From an uncultured delta proteobacterium (GTDB lineage Bacteria; Myxococcota_A; Polyangia; Polyangiales; Polyangiaceae): a stretch of 64,000 bases of DNA. Position 1 is the first letter of the stretch. Every line of letters starts with the position of its first letter. Positions 19,726 to 29,926 of this stretch are shown piece by piece. The position numbers were made by a program, and so were the translations under genes. The stretch covers positions 6,112,001 through 6,176,000 of the forward strand of contig CAWAIF010000003.1 in the NCBI GenBank assembly GCA_963782055.1, given 5' to 3'. The notes beneath the pieces were generated by a model. That model saw only the letters and a program-made list of their open reading frames with translations. It was not told the origin of the DNA and made no database searches.

Positions 19726-20634
19726 TCACCCCGAACCGCGCGCCATCGCCTCCCGCACCACCCCCCTCACCCGCGCGATCCCCTCCACGCTCCGCGCCCC
19801 GTACCAGCACAGGTCCTTGCCGCTCATCCGGACCACCGCGCCGCGCGCCGCCGCCGGCGTCGGCTGGGCGAGGAACACCTTCGCGTCCTCCTCGCTGAAG
19901 GGGTGCGGCTCGTCGGGGAGCAGGATCAGCGCGGGCGCGCGCGCGTTCACCTCCGCCATGGTCACGCGCGGGTAGCGGGTGTCGCGGCCGGCCACCCTCT
20001 CCGCGGGCAGGGGCGGGGCCTTGCCCAGGTCGGCGGCGAGCGGGTAGCGACGCTCGCGGTCGGCGAAGACGTTCTGCGCGCCGGCGAGGTCCAGCATGTC
20101 GCTGATGAAGGTCTGGCCGTGGATGGTCATCAGCGGGTCCATCCAGATGGGGCAGAAGGTGCGGACGGGCGTCGTCTGCGCGCGCGCCGCCTCCGCCTCG
20201 CGGTGGGCCTCGTAGCCGCGCCTGACGAGATCCTTCACCGCCGCGTCCGACGCGACGCCGAAGACCTGCGCCAGCCGCGCCAGGTGCGCGAGGCCTTCGG
20301 CGACGCGCTTGGGGAAGGCGACGAGCACCTTCACCCCGCGGGCGGCGAGCGCCTCCAGATCGCCGCGCGTGTTCTCCTCCTGGTTGGCGAGCACCAGGTC
20401 GGGCGACAGGTCGCAGATGGCGTCCACGCGCGGGTTCTTCGTGCCGCCCACGCTGGGCAGGCGGGCGACCACGTCTTCGGGCAGCTCGCAGTAATCGGTG
20501 CGGCCCACCAGGGCGCTGGCGCAGCCCAGCGCGGCGACGCTCAGCGTGTCGCTGGGCACGAGCGACACGACGCGCCGCGGCGGCCCGCCGAGGTACACGA
20601 CGCGGTTCATGTCGTCGCGCACGCGGAGGCTCAC
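19726..20634 (-). CDS. Helical-backbone metal/cobalamin-binding protein (BtuF-like)
   Basis: RVVSLVPSDT, VGRTDYC, VGGTKNP, PDLVLANQEEN motifs. Confidence 0.85.
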   Translation of the reverse strand: MSLRVRDDMNRVVYLGGPPRRVVSLVPSDTLSVAALGCASALVGRTDYCELPEDVVARLPSVGGTKNPRVDAICDLSPDLVLANQEENTRGDLEALAARGVKVLVAFPKRVAEGLAHLARLAQVFGVASDAAVKDLVRRGYEAHREAEAARAQTTPVRTFCPIWMDPLMTIHGQTFISDMLDLAGAQNVFADRERRYPLAADLGKAPPLPAERVAGRDTRYPRVTMAEVNARAPALILLPDEPHPFSEEDAKVFLAQPTPAAARGAVVRMSGKDLCWYGARSVEGIARVRGVVREAMARGSG

Positions 20635-20635
20635 G

Positions 20636-20995
20636 TCAGTCCTGATAGGGCTGTGCGGGCGGCGGAGAAGGGGGGCCGCCGTCGGCGTGCACGCCGATGG
20701 AGGCGGCGCAGTCCGCCCACGCGCGATCGTCGCAGACCTTCTTGCCCGGCGTGGCGGGCCCTGGGCTCGTCCCCTTCGCGATGCAGGCGATGACGTCGTC
20801 CTGCTCGTGCTCGGCCAGGCGGTCCAGGATGAAGGCGCACCCGCGGCTGCACTCGTCCGCGGTGCACTGCGTCCCCGCGCGCTTGTCGCACGCCCGGGCG
20901 CACGCGACGTCCGGACGATCGCTGGGCTCCCAGCACGCGCCGAGCAGCACGACGGACGCGGCGACCACTCCGGCCCACACCAGCGCGCCCCTCAC
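20636..20995 (-). CDS. Small Cys-rich lipoprotein
   Basis: GTG overlaps the VKOR stop; VVLLGAC lipobox; several Cys in the mature region. Confidence 0.7.
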   Translation of the reverse strand: MRGALVWAGVVAASVVLLGACWEPSDRPDVACARACDKRAGTQCTADECSRGCAFILDRLAEHEQDDVIACIAKGTSPGPATPGKKVCDDRAWADCAASIGVHADGGPPSPPPAQPYQD

Positions 20996-22077
20996 CCGCC
21001 GGCCTCCTGCACGGCCTTGGCCATGGCGGCGCCGAGCACCTCGGGGCCCTGCGCGCCCTCGATCTTGTACCGGCCGATCCAGATCGTCGGCAGCCCGTGC
21101 CCCTGCGTGGCGTGGAAGGCGGCCTTGTCGGCGTCGATGGACTTCTGCGTGGCGGGGTCCGCCATGCACGCGCGAAACTTCTGGGCGTCCAGGCCGAGGC
21201 CGCCGGCCATCTTGACGCAGCCGTCGTCGGTGAGGTCGTCGACGGGCGCGGCGAAGAGCTCGTCGGCCATCGCGTCGCCCTTGCCCATCGCCTCCGCGCA
21301 GCACTCCGCGCGCGCCGCCGAGAGCGCGTGCGGATGGATCTGGGAGAGGGGGACTTGCTTGCGCACGAGCCGGTACTTGCCGCGATACTGCGCGAGCGTC
21401 GGCGCGAAGTCGAGGTTGGTCTGCCGGCAGAAGGGGCACTCGAAGTCGACGAAGTCCACCACGGTGACCTGCCCGGGCGGCGTCTTCGCCATCTCCTGCG
21501 CGATGAGGGCGGGGAGCTTCGGCTTGACGGCGGCGTTGGCGGCGAAGGGCGCGACCACCGCGACGCCGAAGGCGGCGGCGACCCCGAGCTTCGCCGGGAG
21601 GTTGCGCGGGAAGTCCACCTCGATGCGCTGGCGCCAGAGGGTCAGCCCGAAGAGCACCAGCGTGGAGACGTCCACCGTCAGGCACCACTTGCAGTAGGTG
21701 TGCAGCACGAACTGGACGTAGATGAGGTACGTCGCCGCGCACGCCCCGAAGCTGATGGCGAGCAGGTGGAGGAACCGCACGACCGAGCCGCGCAGGAGCG
21801 CGAGCACGCCGAGGATCAGGAAACCGATGACGCCGTAGAGGGGCGTCGGCAGGCCGCCGATCGACGCGAACGCCGTCTGCCGCAGGACGTTGCACCCCCC
21901 GGTCTCCGAGCAGAAGAGCGGCGCGGGGCGGAGGTAGTCCACGAGCAACGCGGTGCTCGCGCCCAGGCCGAGGAAGGTGAAGAGCGACAGCGCGGCGAAG
22001 AGCCACGGCTTCGCGGGCTCCGCCGGTTCGGGGGGCGAGGGCGTCTCGACCAGAGGCGTCAGGTTGGCGCTGTTCAT
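20992..22077 (-). CDS. VKOR-DsbA/thioredoxin fusion
   Basis: TM VKOR domain with C..GGC and CKWC; DFECPFC thioredoxin motif; LPT cis-Pro loop. Confidence 0.88.
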   Translation of the reverse strand: MNSANLTPLVETPSPPEPAEPAKPWLFAALSLFTFLGLGASTALLVDYLRPAPLFCSETGGCNVLRQTAFASIGGLPTPLYGVIGFLILGVLALLRGSVVRFLHLLAISFGACAATYLIYVQFVLHTYCKWCLTVDVSTLVLFGLTLWRQRIEVDFPRNLPAKLGVAAAFGVAVVAPFAANAAVKPKLPALIAQEMAKTPPGQVTVVDFVDFECPFCRQTNLDFAPTLAQYRGKYRLVRKQVPLSQIHPHALSAARAECCAEAMGKGDAMADELFAAPVDDLTDDGCVKMAGGLGLDAQKFRACMADPATQKSIDADKAAFHATQGHGLPTIWIGRYKIEGAQGPEVLGAAMAKAVQEAGG

Positions 22078-22190
22078 GCGTCCTTGGTGGAACCGCTTTG
22101 TTAGCGCACGCGGCGGGGGATTTCTTCCCCTTCTTCCGCTCCCCTTCGATTCCTTCAACATCCCCACCGAAAGTGACGTACACGCAGCTT

Positions 22191-24536
22191 ATGGCTTCGG
22201 CCCTTCCCTCGAAACAACGCATCCTTCAACTCCTGGCGGAGGGCGATCGCGCCCGCCACGCGCACGAGATCGCCGACGAGCTCGGCGTCTCCGCGGCACG
22301 CTATCCCGGTCTGGTCCGGCTGCTGGACGACCTGGTCTACGAGGGCCAGCTCTCCGTCCGGCCCGGCCACCGCTACAAGCTCGGCGGCGACACCAAGAAG
22401 GTCCGCGGGCTGGAGACGGACGGCTTCCTCTCCATGACCCCGCGCGGCGCGGGCTTCGTCGCCACCGGCGGCACCGCCGGCGACGTCTTCGTCCCGCCGG
22501 AGGCCATCGGCGGGGCCATGCACGGCGACAAGGTCCGCGTGGCCATCGTGGCGCGCGGCGCCCGCGGCCCGGAGGGCGAGATCGCCGAGGTGCTCGAGCG
22601 CACGAGCAAGCGCGTCGCCGGCGTGCTGCGCCGCCGCGGCAAGAGCGCGTGGCTGGAGCCGGACGACTCGCGCATCCGCGGGCCGATCGCCCTGCCCGCG
22701 GACGTGGACGTGCGCGGGGCGGAGGGCAACAGCGGCAAGGACGGCGACGCGGCGGTCGTCACCATCACCCGCTACCCCGCGCTCCTCGGCGAGAACCCGG
22801 TCGGCAAGCTGGACGCGGTGCTCGGCACGCCCGGCGAGCTCAACGTGGAGGTCGCCAAGGTGCTCGTGCGCGAGCGGGTGGACGAGCTTCACACCGAGCA
22901 GGCGGTGCGCGAGGCGGAGAGCTTCGGCGAGGCGGTCCCGCACGAGATGCTCGCGGGCCGCGACGACCTGACGCACCTGCCGCTGCCGACGATCGACCCG
23001 GAGGACGCGCGCGATCACGACGACGCCGTGTGGGTGGAGCGCACCCCCTCCGGCGGCTACCGCGCGTGGATCGCCATCGCCGACGTGAGCTCGTACGTGC
23101 GGCCGGAGACGCTCCTGGACGCCGAGGCTCGCGGCCGCGGCTGCAGCGTCTACCTCCCCGATCGCGCCATCCCCATGCTCCCGCGCGCGCTCTCCAGCAA
23201 CCTGTGCTCGCTGCTGCCCGACGTGCTGCGCCTCTGCCTGTGCGCGGAGGTGGAGCTCGACGCCGGCGGCAACGTCAAGTCGGAGAAGCTGCACCGCGGC
23301 TTCATGAAGAGCCAGGCGAAGCTCACCTACGGCGGCGTGGCCCGTGCCCTCGGCTTCACCATGGCCGAGCCGCCGGACCCCAAGGCGGAGGCGATGGTGG
23401 AGGGGCTGCGCGTCGCCAACGAGCTCGCCCGCGCGCTGCGCGGCAAGCGCATGCAGCGGGGCGCCCTGGACTTCGAGCTGCCGGAGGCGAAGATCGTCCT
23501 GCACGAGACGACGGGCCAGCCGGTGGACGTGCAGCGCCGCGCGCAGGATGCCGGCGTCAAGAAGGCCTACCAGCTCATCGAGGAGCTGATGCTCCTCGCC
23601 AACGAGGTGGTCGCGCGGTGGCTCATCGGGCGACAGCGGCCCGCCATCTTCCGCGTGCACCCCCCGCCGGACGAGGAGAAGCTCGTGCGCTTCGTGACCA
23701 TGTGCGAGGAGCTGGGCATCGCGGTGGACATCGCGATGACGCAGGATCCGAAGAAGCTCAGCGACCTGCTCAAGTCGCTGGCGACGCACCCCAACGCGGC
23801 GGTGCTCAACATGCTCTTGCTGCGCTCGATGAAGCAGGCGAGCTACGACGTGGTGAACATCGGCCACTTCGGCCTGGCGTCGAAGGCGTACGTCCACTTC
23901 ACCTCGCCCATCCGCCGCTACCCCGACCTGCTCGTGCACCGCCAGGTGCACGACGCCATCCTCGGCCACAAGGTGGACCGCTCGCCGGAGGCGGAGAGCG
24001 GGCGCGCCGAGGCGGCGCTGCTCTCGTCGCGCAACGAGCGGCGGGCGATGGAGGTGGAGCGCGAGGTGGCGGACCTCTACCGCGTGACCTTCATGCGCGA
24101 CAAGGTGGGCAGCCGCTTCGAGGGTCGCGTGACCGGCCTGGTCGGCTCGGGCGTCTACGTGGCGCTCGACGCGCCCTTCGTCGACGTGCTGGTCCGCTAC
24201 GAGGATCTCGGCCCCGAGCGCTACGAGCTCGACGACTCCGGCCTGCGCGCGATCGCGACGCGCTCCGGCGCTGTGGTCAAGCTGGGCGACCGCATGCTCG
24301 TCGAGGTGATCGACGTCGCCCTGCTCCGCCGCACCGTCTACGCGCGGCGCATCGGCGGCCAGGACGGCGCGCCGCTCGAGCGTCGCGGCCCCCAGCGCGG
24401 CAGGCGGGGGGCGGAGGTTCGCTCTCCGGGCAAGACGCAGCGGACGAAGGATCAGCGCGCCGCGCGCGGTGGCTCAGGCGGCCGCCGCGCCACCAAGGGC
24501 GGCGCGACGAAACGAGGCGGCGGCAAGCGACGCTGA
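22191..24536 (+). CDS. rnr: Ribonuclease R
   Basis: Cold-shock domains, TIDPEDARDHDDA, HFTSPIRRYPDL, S1 domain, basic tail. Confidence 0.93.
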   Translation: MASALPSKQRILQLLAEGDRARHAHEIADELGVSAARYPGLVRLLDDLVYEGQLSVRPGHRYKLGGDTKKVRGLETDGFLSMTPRGAGFVATGGTAGDVFVPPEAIGGAMHGDKVRVAIVARGARGPEGEIAEVLERTSKRVAGVLRRRGKSAWLEPDDSRIRGPIALPADVDVRGAEGNSGKDGDAAVVTITRYPALLGENPVGKLDAVLGTPGELNVEVAKVLVRERVDELHTEQAVREAESFGEAVPHEMLAGRDDLTHLPLPTIDPEDARDHDDAVWVERTPSGGYRAWIAIADVSSYVRPETLLDAEARGRGCSVYLPDRAIPMLPRALSSNLCSLLPDVLRLCLCAEVELDAGGNVKSEKLHRGFMKSQAKLTYGGVARALGFTMAEPPDPKAEAMVEGLRVANELARALRGKRMQRGALDFELPEAKIVLHETTGQPVDVQRRAQDAGVKKAYQLIEELMLLANEVVARWLIGRQRPAIFRVHPPPDEEKLVRFVTMCEELGIAVDIAMTQDPKKLSDLLKSLATHPNAAVLNMLLLRSMKQASYDVVNIGHFGLASKAYVHFTSPIRRYPDLLVHRQVHDAILGHKVDRSPEAESGRAEAALLSSRNERRAMEVEREVADLYRVTFMRDKVGSRFEGRVTGLVGSGVYVALDAPFVDVLVRYEDLGPERYELDDSGLRAIATRSGAVVKLGDRMLVEVIDVALLRRTVYARRIGGQDGAPLERRGPQRGRRGAEVRSPGKTQRTKDQRAARGGSGGRRATKGGATKRGGGKRR

Positions 24537-24540
24537 CGTG

Positions 24541-24651
24541 GGGACGGGCGCCTGTGCCCGTGTCCGTGCCCTGATGCGGGCCGCAGCCCTTAGCCCTCCT
24601 TACTGGCGATCGGGGGCTCGGGACACGGACACGGGCAGAGACGCCCGTCCC
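24541..24651. repeat. ~31-bp imperfect inverted repeat between convergent genes
   Basis: GGGACGGGCGCCTGTGCCCGTGTCCGTGCCC (24541-24571) pairs with GGGACACGGACACGGGCAGAGACGCCCGTCCC (24620-24651). Confidence 0.8.
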
Positions 24652-24662
24652 TGGTGGAACCG

Positions 24663-25064
24663 TCACGCGCCGTCAGGCGGCATGAACGGTCCCTCCGCGA
24701 ACGCGGCGTCCTCCACGACGGTGCCGCCGCCGGCGGCCGCGCTGGAGAACGCGCCGATGCGCGCGGGGGGCGCCTTCGGGTCGGCGGCCCCCATCACTCC
24801 ATCGATGACGCCGATCTCCTCGTCGAGCACCTCATCGTGCACGAACTGGCGATGCGTCTCCTGTTCCATCACCACACCGGCCATCGCGCCGATGGCGGCG
24901 CCCACGGCGCCTCCTGCGACGACTCCGACCGGTCCGGCGATGGCCCCTGTAGTCGCTCCCGCGATGGCGCCAGCAAGGGAGGTGGCGTCAACGAGGCTTG
25001 GCGGGGTGGACTCGAGACCTGTGAGGTGTTTGCGGTCCCTCCTGCGTCTGAACAACTTGCCCAT
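24663..25064 (-). CDS. Small glycine-zipper protein
   Basis: AGAIAGATTGAIAGPVGVVAGGAVGAAIGA; start codon uncertain. Confidence 0.6.
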   Translation of the reverse strand: MGKLFRRRRDRKHLTGLESTPPSLVDATSLAGAIAGATTGAIAGPVGVVAGGAVGAAIGAMAGVVMEQETHRQFVHDEVLDEEIGVIDGVMGAADPKAPPARIGAFSSAAAGGGTVVEDAAFAEGPFMPPDGA

Positions 25065-25215
25065 GATGTGGGGGACTGTTGCATCAGGTGGGCCAGGGTG
25101 CGAGGAGCCCTCCAGGCCAGCAATTTCGCGGAGTTTGGGGCGGGCAGCGCCGCAAGTTTGGCAGCGCGACGCAGAAGATCGCGCCAGCGAGTCGGGGAGA
25201 GCCCACGCGCCGCGA

Positions 25216-26331
25216 TCACATCGCGACCTTGACCGGCGATCGACGCGGCTCCGTCGTGCCGTCGCCGATCTGACCGCTGCGGTTCGCGCCCCAGCAGTAG
25301 ACGTCACCGCTCGTGGTGAGCGCGCAGCCGTGGTCGGCGCCCATCGCCACGCCGGTGACGCCGGTGACGCCGGGCAGCGGCGCGGGCAGCTCACCGGTCG
25401 TCTGCGTGCCGCGGCCGAGCTCGCCCTCGGTGTTGGAGCCCCAGCAGGTGAGCGTGCCGTCCTCCATCAGGGCGCAGGTGTGCGACTCGGCGGAGGAGAG
25501 CGACGTGACGCCGTGCAGGTGAGCGACGTCGAGCGCCTTGGTGTGATCGTCGGAGTCCGCCTGCACGCCGAGCTCGTTCTGATCGTTGCGGCCCCAGCAC
25601 TTCACCCCGCCGCCGAGCACGGCGCAGGCGAAGGTGTCGCCCGTGGAGATGGCGGTCACGCCGGAGAGGTGCGGGTCGGCGAAGGACGTTCCCTTCGGCG
25701 CGCTCCACACGCCCTCGCCCCAGCAGCGGGCGCCGCCGTCCCGGGTACGCGCGCAGGCGTGCGCGCCGGCCACTGCCAGCTCGGCGGCGACGGCGTCGCC
25801 CGTCTTGGCGGGCGCGTCCAGACCCCAGCACTTGACCGCGCCGTCCCCCGTGCGCGCGCAGATGACGTAGCCGCCCGCCTCGAGCTCCACCGCGCCGGAG
25901 ACGCCGGGGACCTTCGTCGGGGGGATGCGCTCCACCAGCTTGCCGTTGCCCAGCATGCGGCCGGTGCCCCAGCACTCCACGCCCCCGTCCGTCATGCGGG
26001 CGCAGGAGAAGTCCGCGCCGAGGGCGATCTCCTCCACGCCGGAGAGGCCGGCGACGGGCGTGGGGCGGGTGCGATCGGTGTCGGTGCCGTCGCCCACCTC
26101 GCCGCCCTTGTTGCGGCCCCAGCAGCGGACGGTCTTGTCGGACATGCGGGCGCAGGAGTGGAAGTCGCCGCAGGCGACCTGCACCACCTTCGCGCGCGGC
26201 GCGGAGGACACCCCCGCGTCGGGTCCGGAGGAGGTGGTGGTGTCACCGCCGGAGGGGGGCGGCTTCGGCGGCGGCCCGCCGCAGGCACCGAGCAGCGCCG
26301 CGAGGGCGACGGGGAGCACGCGAGGCGTCAC
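25216..26331 (-). CDS. RCC1-repeat lipoprotein
   Basis: LLGAC lipobox; repeated HxCA..G.V.CWG.N..G.LG units. Confidence 0.9.
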   Translation of the reverse strand: MTPRVLPVALAALLGACGGPPPKPPPSGGDTTTSSGPDAGVSSAPRAKVVQVACGDFHSCARMSDKTVRCWGRNKGGEVGDGTDTDRTRPTPVAGLSGVEEIALGADFSCARMTDGGVECWGTGRMLGNGKLVERIPPTKVPGVSGAVELEAGGYVICARTGDGAVKCWGLDAPAKTGDAVAAELAVAGAHACARTRDGGARCWGEGVWSAPKGTSFADPHLSGVTAISTGDTFACAVLGGGVKCWGRNDQNELGVQADSDDHTKALDVAHLHGVTSLSSAESHTCALMEDGTLTCWGSNTEGELGRGTQTTGELPAPLPGVTGVTGVAMGADHGCALTTSGDVYCWGANRSGQIGDGTTEPRRSPVKVAM

Positions 26332-26358
26332 GGCGCGTGAGCGTACCAGCTTCTCCCA

Positions 26359-27321
26359 TCAAAGCGAGATGCCGCGCCTCGGGTCTTCCTTCTGGTGCTC
26401 GGCGATCTTCTCGAAGAGGGAGGAGAGGTCGGCGCCGTTGCCCTTCGGGATCTGCACCTGGAAGTGGACGTACAGGTCGCCGGGGGCGCGGCCCTTGCGG
26501 GCGACGCCCTTGCCCTTCAGCCGCATGACGGTGCCGCCCTGCGTGCGCTCGGGCACCTTGAGGCTGACCGAGCCGTCCAGGGTGGGGACGCGGACCTTCG
26601 CGCCGAAGTAGGCCTCGTGCAGGGTGATGGGGAGGTCGAGGTGGAGGTCGTCCTCCTCGCGGCGGAAGTGGGGGTGCGGCTTGACGTGGATGGTGAGCAG
26701 CAGATCGCCGCGCGGGCCGCCGCTCGGCGAGGGAGCGCCCTGGCCTGCGATGCGGACGCGGCTGCCCTCCGCCGCGCCCGGCGGGATGCGCACCGTGACG
26801 GGCGGGCTGCCGCCGCCCTGGGGCCGCAGCTCGAGGGAGGTCCCGCGGATGGCGGAGGCGAGGTCGACTGTGATCTCGCTCTCCAGGTCCGCGCCGCGCA
26901 TGGGGCCGCGCCGGCGGGCGCGGCCGAAGAGATCGCCGAAGACGTCCCCGTAGCCCTCCACGCGCTGACCGCCGCCACCGCCGAAGAGGTCCTCGATGTC
27001 GATGCCGCCGGGGATGCCGCCGCCGCCGCCACCGCCGCGGGCACCGCCCTGCGCGGCCCAGCGCTTGTAGGCGCGCACGCGCTCGGCGTCGAAGCCCTCG
27101 CGCAGGCCCTCTTCCCCGAACTCGTCGTAGAGGGCGCGGCGCTTGGCGTCGCTGAGGACCTCGTAGGCGTGGTTGATGGCCTTGAACCTGGTCTCCGCCT
27201 GCTTGTTTCCCGGGTTCTTGTCCGGGTGAAGATCCTTGGCCAGCTTGCGGTACGCCTTCTTGAGGGCGGCCGCGTCCGCCGTCTTCGAGACGCCGAGGAG
27301 GCCGTAGAGGTCATCCGCCAT
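26359..27321 (-). CDS. DnaJ-class chaperone without zinc finger (CbpA-like)
   Basis: J domain with HPD, G/F-rich linker, C-terminal DnaJ domain. Confidence 0.92.
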   Translation of the reverse strand: MADDLYGLLGVSKTADAAALKKAYRKLAKDLHPDKNPGNKQAETRFKAINHAYEVLSDAKRRALYDEFGEEGLREGFDAERVRAYKRWAAQGGARGGGGGGGIPGGIDIEDLFGGGGGQRVEGYGDVFGDLFGRARRRGPMRGADLESEITVDLASAIRGTSLELRPQGGGSPPVTVRIPPGAAEGSRVRIAGQGAPSPSGGPRGDLLLTIHVKPHPHFRREEDDLHLDLPITLHEAYFGAKVRVPTLDGSVSLKVPERTQGGTVMRLKGKGVARKGRAPGDLYVHFQVQIPKGNGADLSSLFEKIAEHQKEDPRRGISL

Positions 27322-27623
27322 GCCTGGCGAAGGTAAGTCGGTCCGCCGCGATCGGCAACGCCCCCCGTCCCGTGCCCGTGCCCCCGTGCCCGTGCCCGTG
27401 AGAAGAAGGGAGAGGGAAAGGAAGACGGGAAAGATGAGCGGAGGAGGGGAGCGGGAAGCGGGAACAGACAGCGCCGTCCCCCCGTGATTCGGCCTGGAGC
27501 GTCAGCCAGCGCCGGGGGCGCCGGCGCCACCGTCGAGCCGAGCATCGGCAGTCGTCCGTCGCCGCCACCGTCGACGAGGCCTCCGCCGCAGCCGCGGGAC
27601 CAGCCTCGACCATCGGCCCGCCT

Positions 27624-27968
27624 TCACCGCTGGCACTGCTCTGGGTCAGGAAATTCTTGGCCACAGGCCGCCAGGCACGGGCTCGCGCTACACGTGTAGC
27701 AGTCTCCGCCGGAGCCTGGACAGCACGCGCTACCCAGTCGCGACAGATGGCATTGCCACGCGGGTGGACAATACCGAGCCCCGACGTCCGAGCTGGATGA
27801 CGAGCAGAGAATCCCCTCCGCCCCGCCCTCTGTCGCCCCGGCGTCGACAGAGGGAGCAACGAGGGATGTGCGCGCTCCGCACCCGGCCACCCACGGCACG
27901 ATGCTGCAGCTCGCTCCTGCGAAGAACAGAAAACTGGTCCGGCGTGCGGGCCCAGCTAGAAGAGCCAT
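27624..27968 (-). CDS. Small Cys-rich lipoprotein (CGARTSL family)
   Basis: VAGC-GARTSL lipobox; Cys-rich body; start overlaps the end of the upstream remnant ORF. Confidence 0.55.
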   Translation of the reverse strand: MALLAGPARRTSFLFFAGASCSIVPWVAGCGARTSLVAPSVDAGATEGGAEGILCSSSSSDVGARYCPPAWQCHLSRLGSACCPGSGGDCYTCSASPCLAACGQEFPDPEQCQR

Positions 27969-28250
27969 GAAGCCATGATCTCGCTGTGCCCACCATTCGT
28001 GGCGTAGTTCCGCGTGTCGCCAGCCCACACCGCCAGAAAGGTTGCATCCGAGTAGTAGGCGCCAAGGTGCTGATAGTCCCACGTTGTGGTGGGCCCGGTC
28101 GTATCAGCATTCAGCCAGTGAGGATCTCCGAACGGCAAGCTTGCCGTCCAGGGAACCGCCTCGGCCGGATTGCGCTGCATGCCGACTGTGACAGGCACGT
28201 CGGGGATGGTGCGCTGCGTCGGGGATGCGATCGCGTGGGCGAGGGCTCCC
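27956..28250 (-). pseudogene. 3' remnant of a secreted protein related to 57157-59358
   Basis: VPWTAS..WDYQHL..AVWAGDTR..SEIMASWLF resembles IPWST..WGDYEGM..PAWGDTR..SSIYATLW; no plausible 5' part. Confidence 0.55.
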
Positions 28251-28260
28251 CCACGACTCC

Positions 28261-29859
28261 TCAGTCGTGCACGATCACCCGCGTCCCCGGGTTGTTCTCC
28301 GTCGCGTCGACGCCGTGCCAGCCGTCGGGGAGGCGCGGGCCGGTCCAGAAGAAGAGGTTCTTGGCGTCGATGGGCTCCAGGTTCACGCAGCCGTGGCTGC
28401 GCTCGTGACCGAAGCGGGAGTGCCAGAAGGCGCCGTGCAGGGCGTAGCTGCCCTTGAAGTACTGGATCCACGGGACGTCCTGGATGGAGTACGGGCCGTC
28501 CGCCACCGTGTCGCTGTCCATCGTCGCGGCGATGTGCTTCTCGATGATGCGGAAGGAGCCGGTCACCGTGCGGTGGTCCTGCTTGGGGTCCTTGTCGTTG
28601 TGGCGTCCGCTGGAGATGAGGGTCGCGTAGAAGGGCTTGTCGCCCTCGAAGGCCACCAGCGTCTGGGTGCGGATGTTGACGTCGATCCACTTCTCGCCGG
28701 GGGCGAGGTCGGAGGGGGGCGGGCCGGGGTCGGTGCGCGTCGACTCGATGTCGCGCATCCACCAGCCCTCCTTCGTCTCGTAGTAGTTGCGGTTGTCGAT
28801 CACCACCTTCTTGCCGGTGAGCTCGACGGCGGTGAAGCGGTCGACGTGATCGTGGCGCTTGGCCTTCTTGGCGGCCTCGTCGATGTCGTACTTCCAGCCG
28901 TGGGGGTTGAGCATCCACCCGATGGGGAGCTTGCGGGTCTCGCCGGGCTTGCTGAAGTCGATGCCCTGGAAGTCGATCTTCGACTTGTGGACGACGATGT
29001 GCTCGACAGGGGCGAAGGCCTGCGAGGTGGTCTTCCAGAAGAGGCCGGAGTGGCTCGTCGCCTTGCGATCGATGGAGATGTAGAAGCCCTTGACCATCCG
29101 CAGCAGGACCAGCGCGCGCTGGCCCTTGATGTCGTCCAGGCTCACCTGCGGGCGCTCGCCGTTGTGGTCCTGCAGGTACCAGGGAACGCTGCCGTCGTCG
29201 GCGCGCGCCGCGGCCTGGGCGCGGGCGAGGTCACCGGGGCGGCTCTTGCCGACCAGCAGGCCCTTCTCCACCTCCTTGCGCTCCCGGCGGGTGGGGACGC
29301 GGCGGTAGAGGGGGGTGCCGTTGGTGATGTTGAGGCCGTACTGGTAGGGCAGCGGTCCGTCCATCAGCGGCGGGTGGAGGCGCTTGCCGTCGGCGAGCTC
29401 GGGGTTGTTGGGGTCGGTGGTGACGAACTGGCCGCAGATGAAGCCGCCCTCCAGCAGCTCGTACCAGCCCTCCGGGCAGTTGCTCTTCTTGATGACGCCC
29501 GGTTTCACCGCGACGGTCTCCCCGTTGCGCATGTAGCCGAGGCGGATGACGCCCTTGCGCTCGTCCTGGGCCTTGTCGGGGTCCTTCGGCGGCCACTCGG
29601 TGGCGCTGAAGATGGGGGTCGGCGACGCGATGGCGATGACCTTGGGGGTGTCCGGCGGCGGGGCGGCGCTCTTGGCGGCGGCCGGGCCCTTCACCAGGAC
29701 CACGGGGGGCGCGGCGGACGCCGAGGCGGCGCTGGCCGCGCCGTGGGCAGGGTCGCCTCCCTTTCCATGGCACGCGGCGGCGAGGGCCACCGACGCGAGC
29801 GCAAGCATGCTCGCGATGGGCGCGCGGGCGACCGGGGTGATGCGGGAGACGGGTCGCAT
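28261..29859 (-). CDS. L,D-transpeptidase (YkuD domain) lipoprotein
   Basis: LAAAC lipobox; ALHGAFWHSRFGHERSHGCVNL. Confidence 0.92.
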   Translation of the reverse strand: MRPVSRITPVARAPIASMLALASVALAAACHGKGGDPAHGAASAASASAAPPVVLVKGPAAAKSAAPPPDTPKVIAIASPTPIFSATEWPPKDPDKAQDERKGVIRLGYMRNGETVAVKPGVIKKSNCPEGWYELLEGGFICGQFVTTDPNNPELADGKRLHPPLMDGPLPYQYGLNITNGTPLYRRVPTRRERKEVEKGLLVGKSRPGDLARAQAAARADDGSVPWYLQDHNGERPQVSLDDIKGQRALVLLRMVKGFYISIDRKATSHSGLFWKTTSQAFAPVEHIVVHKSKIDFQGIDFSKPGETRKLPIGWMLNPHGWKYDIDEAAKKAKRHDHVDRFTAVELTGKKVVIDNRNYYETKEGWWMRDIESTRTDPGPPPSDLAPGEKWIDVNIRTQTLVAFEGDKPFYATLISSGRHNDKDPKQDHRTVTGSFRIIEKHIAATMDSDTVADGPYSIQDVPWIQYFKGSYALHGAFWHSRFGHERSHGCVNLEPIDAKNLFFWTGPRLPDGWHGVDATENNPGTRVIVHD

Positions 29860-29926
29860 GGGTGCGAGTTAGGACAGCTCGGCGGGCAGCGCAAGATTGT
29901 GATACTTACGGCGTACGGTTGACACG

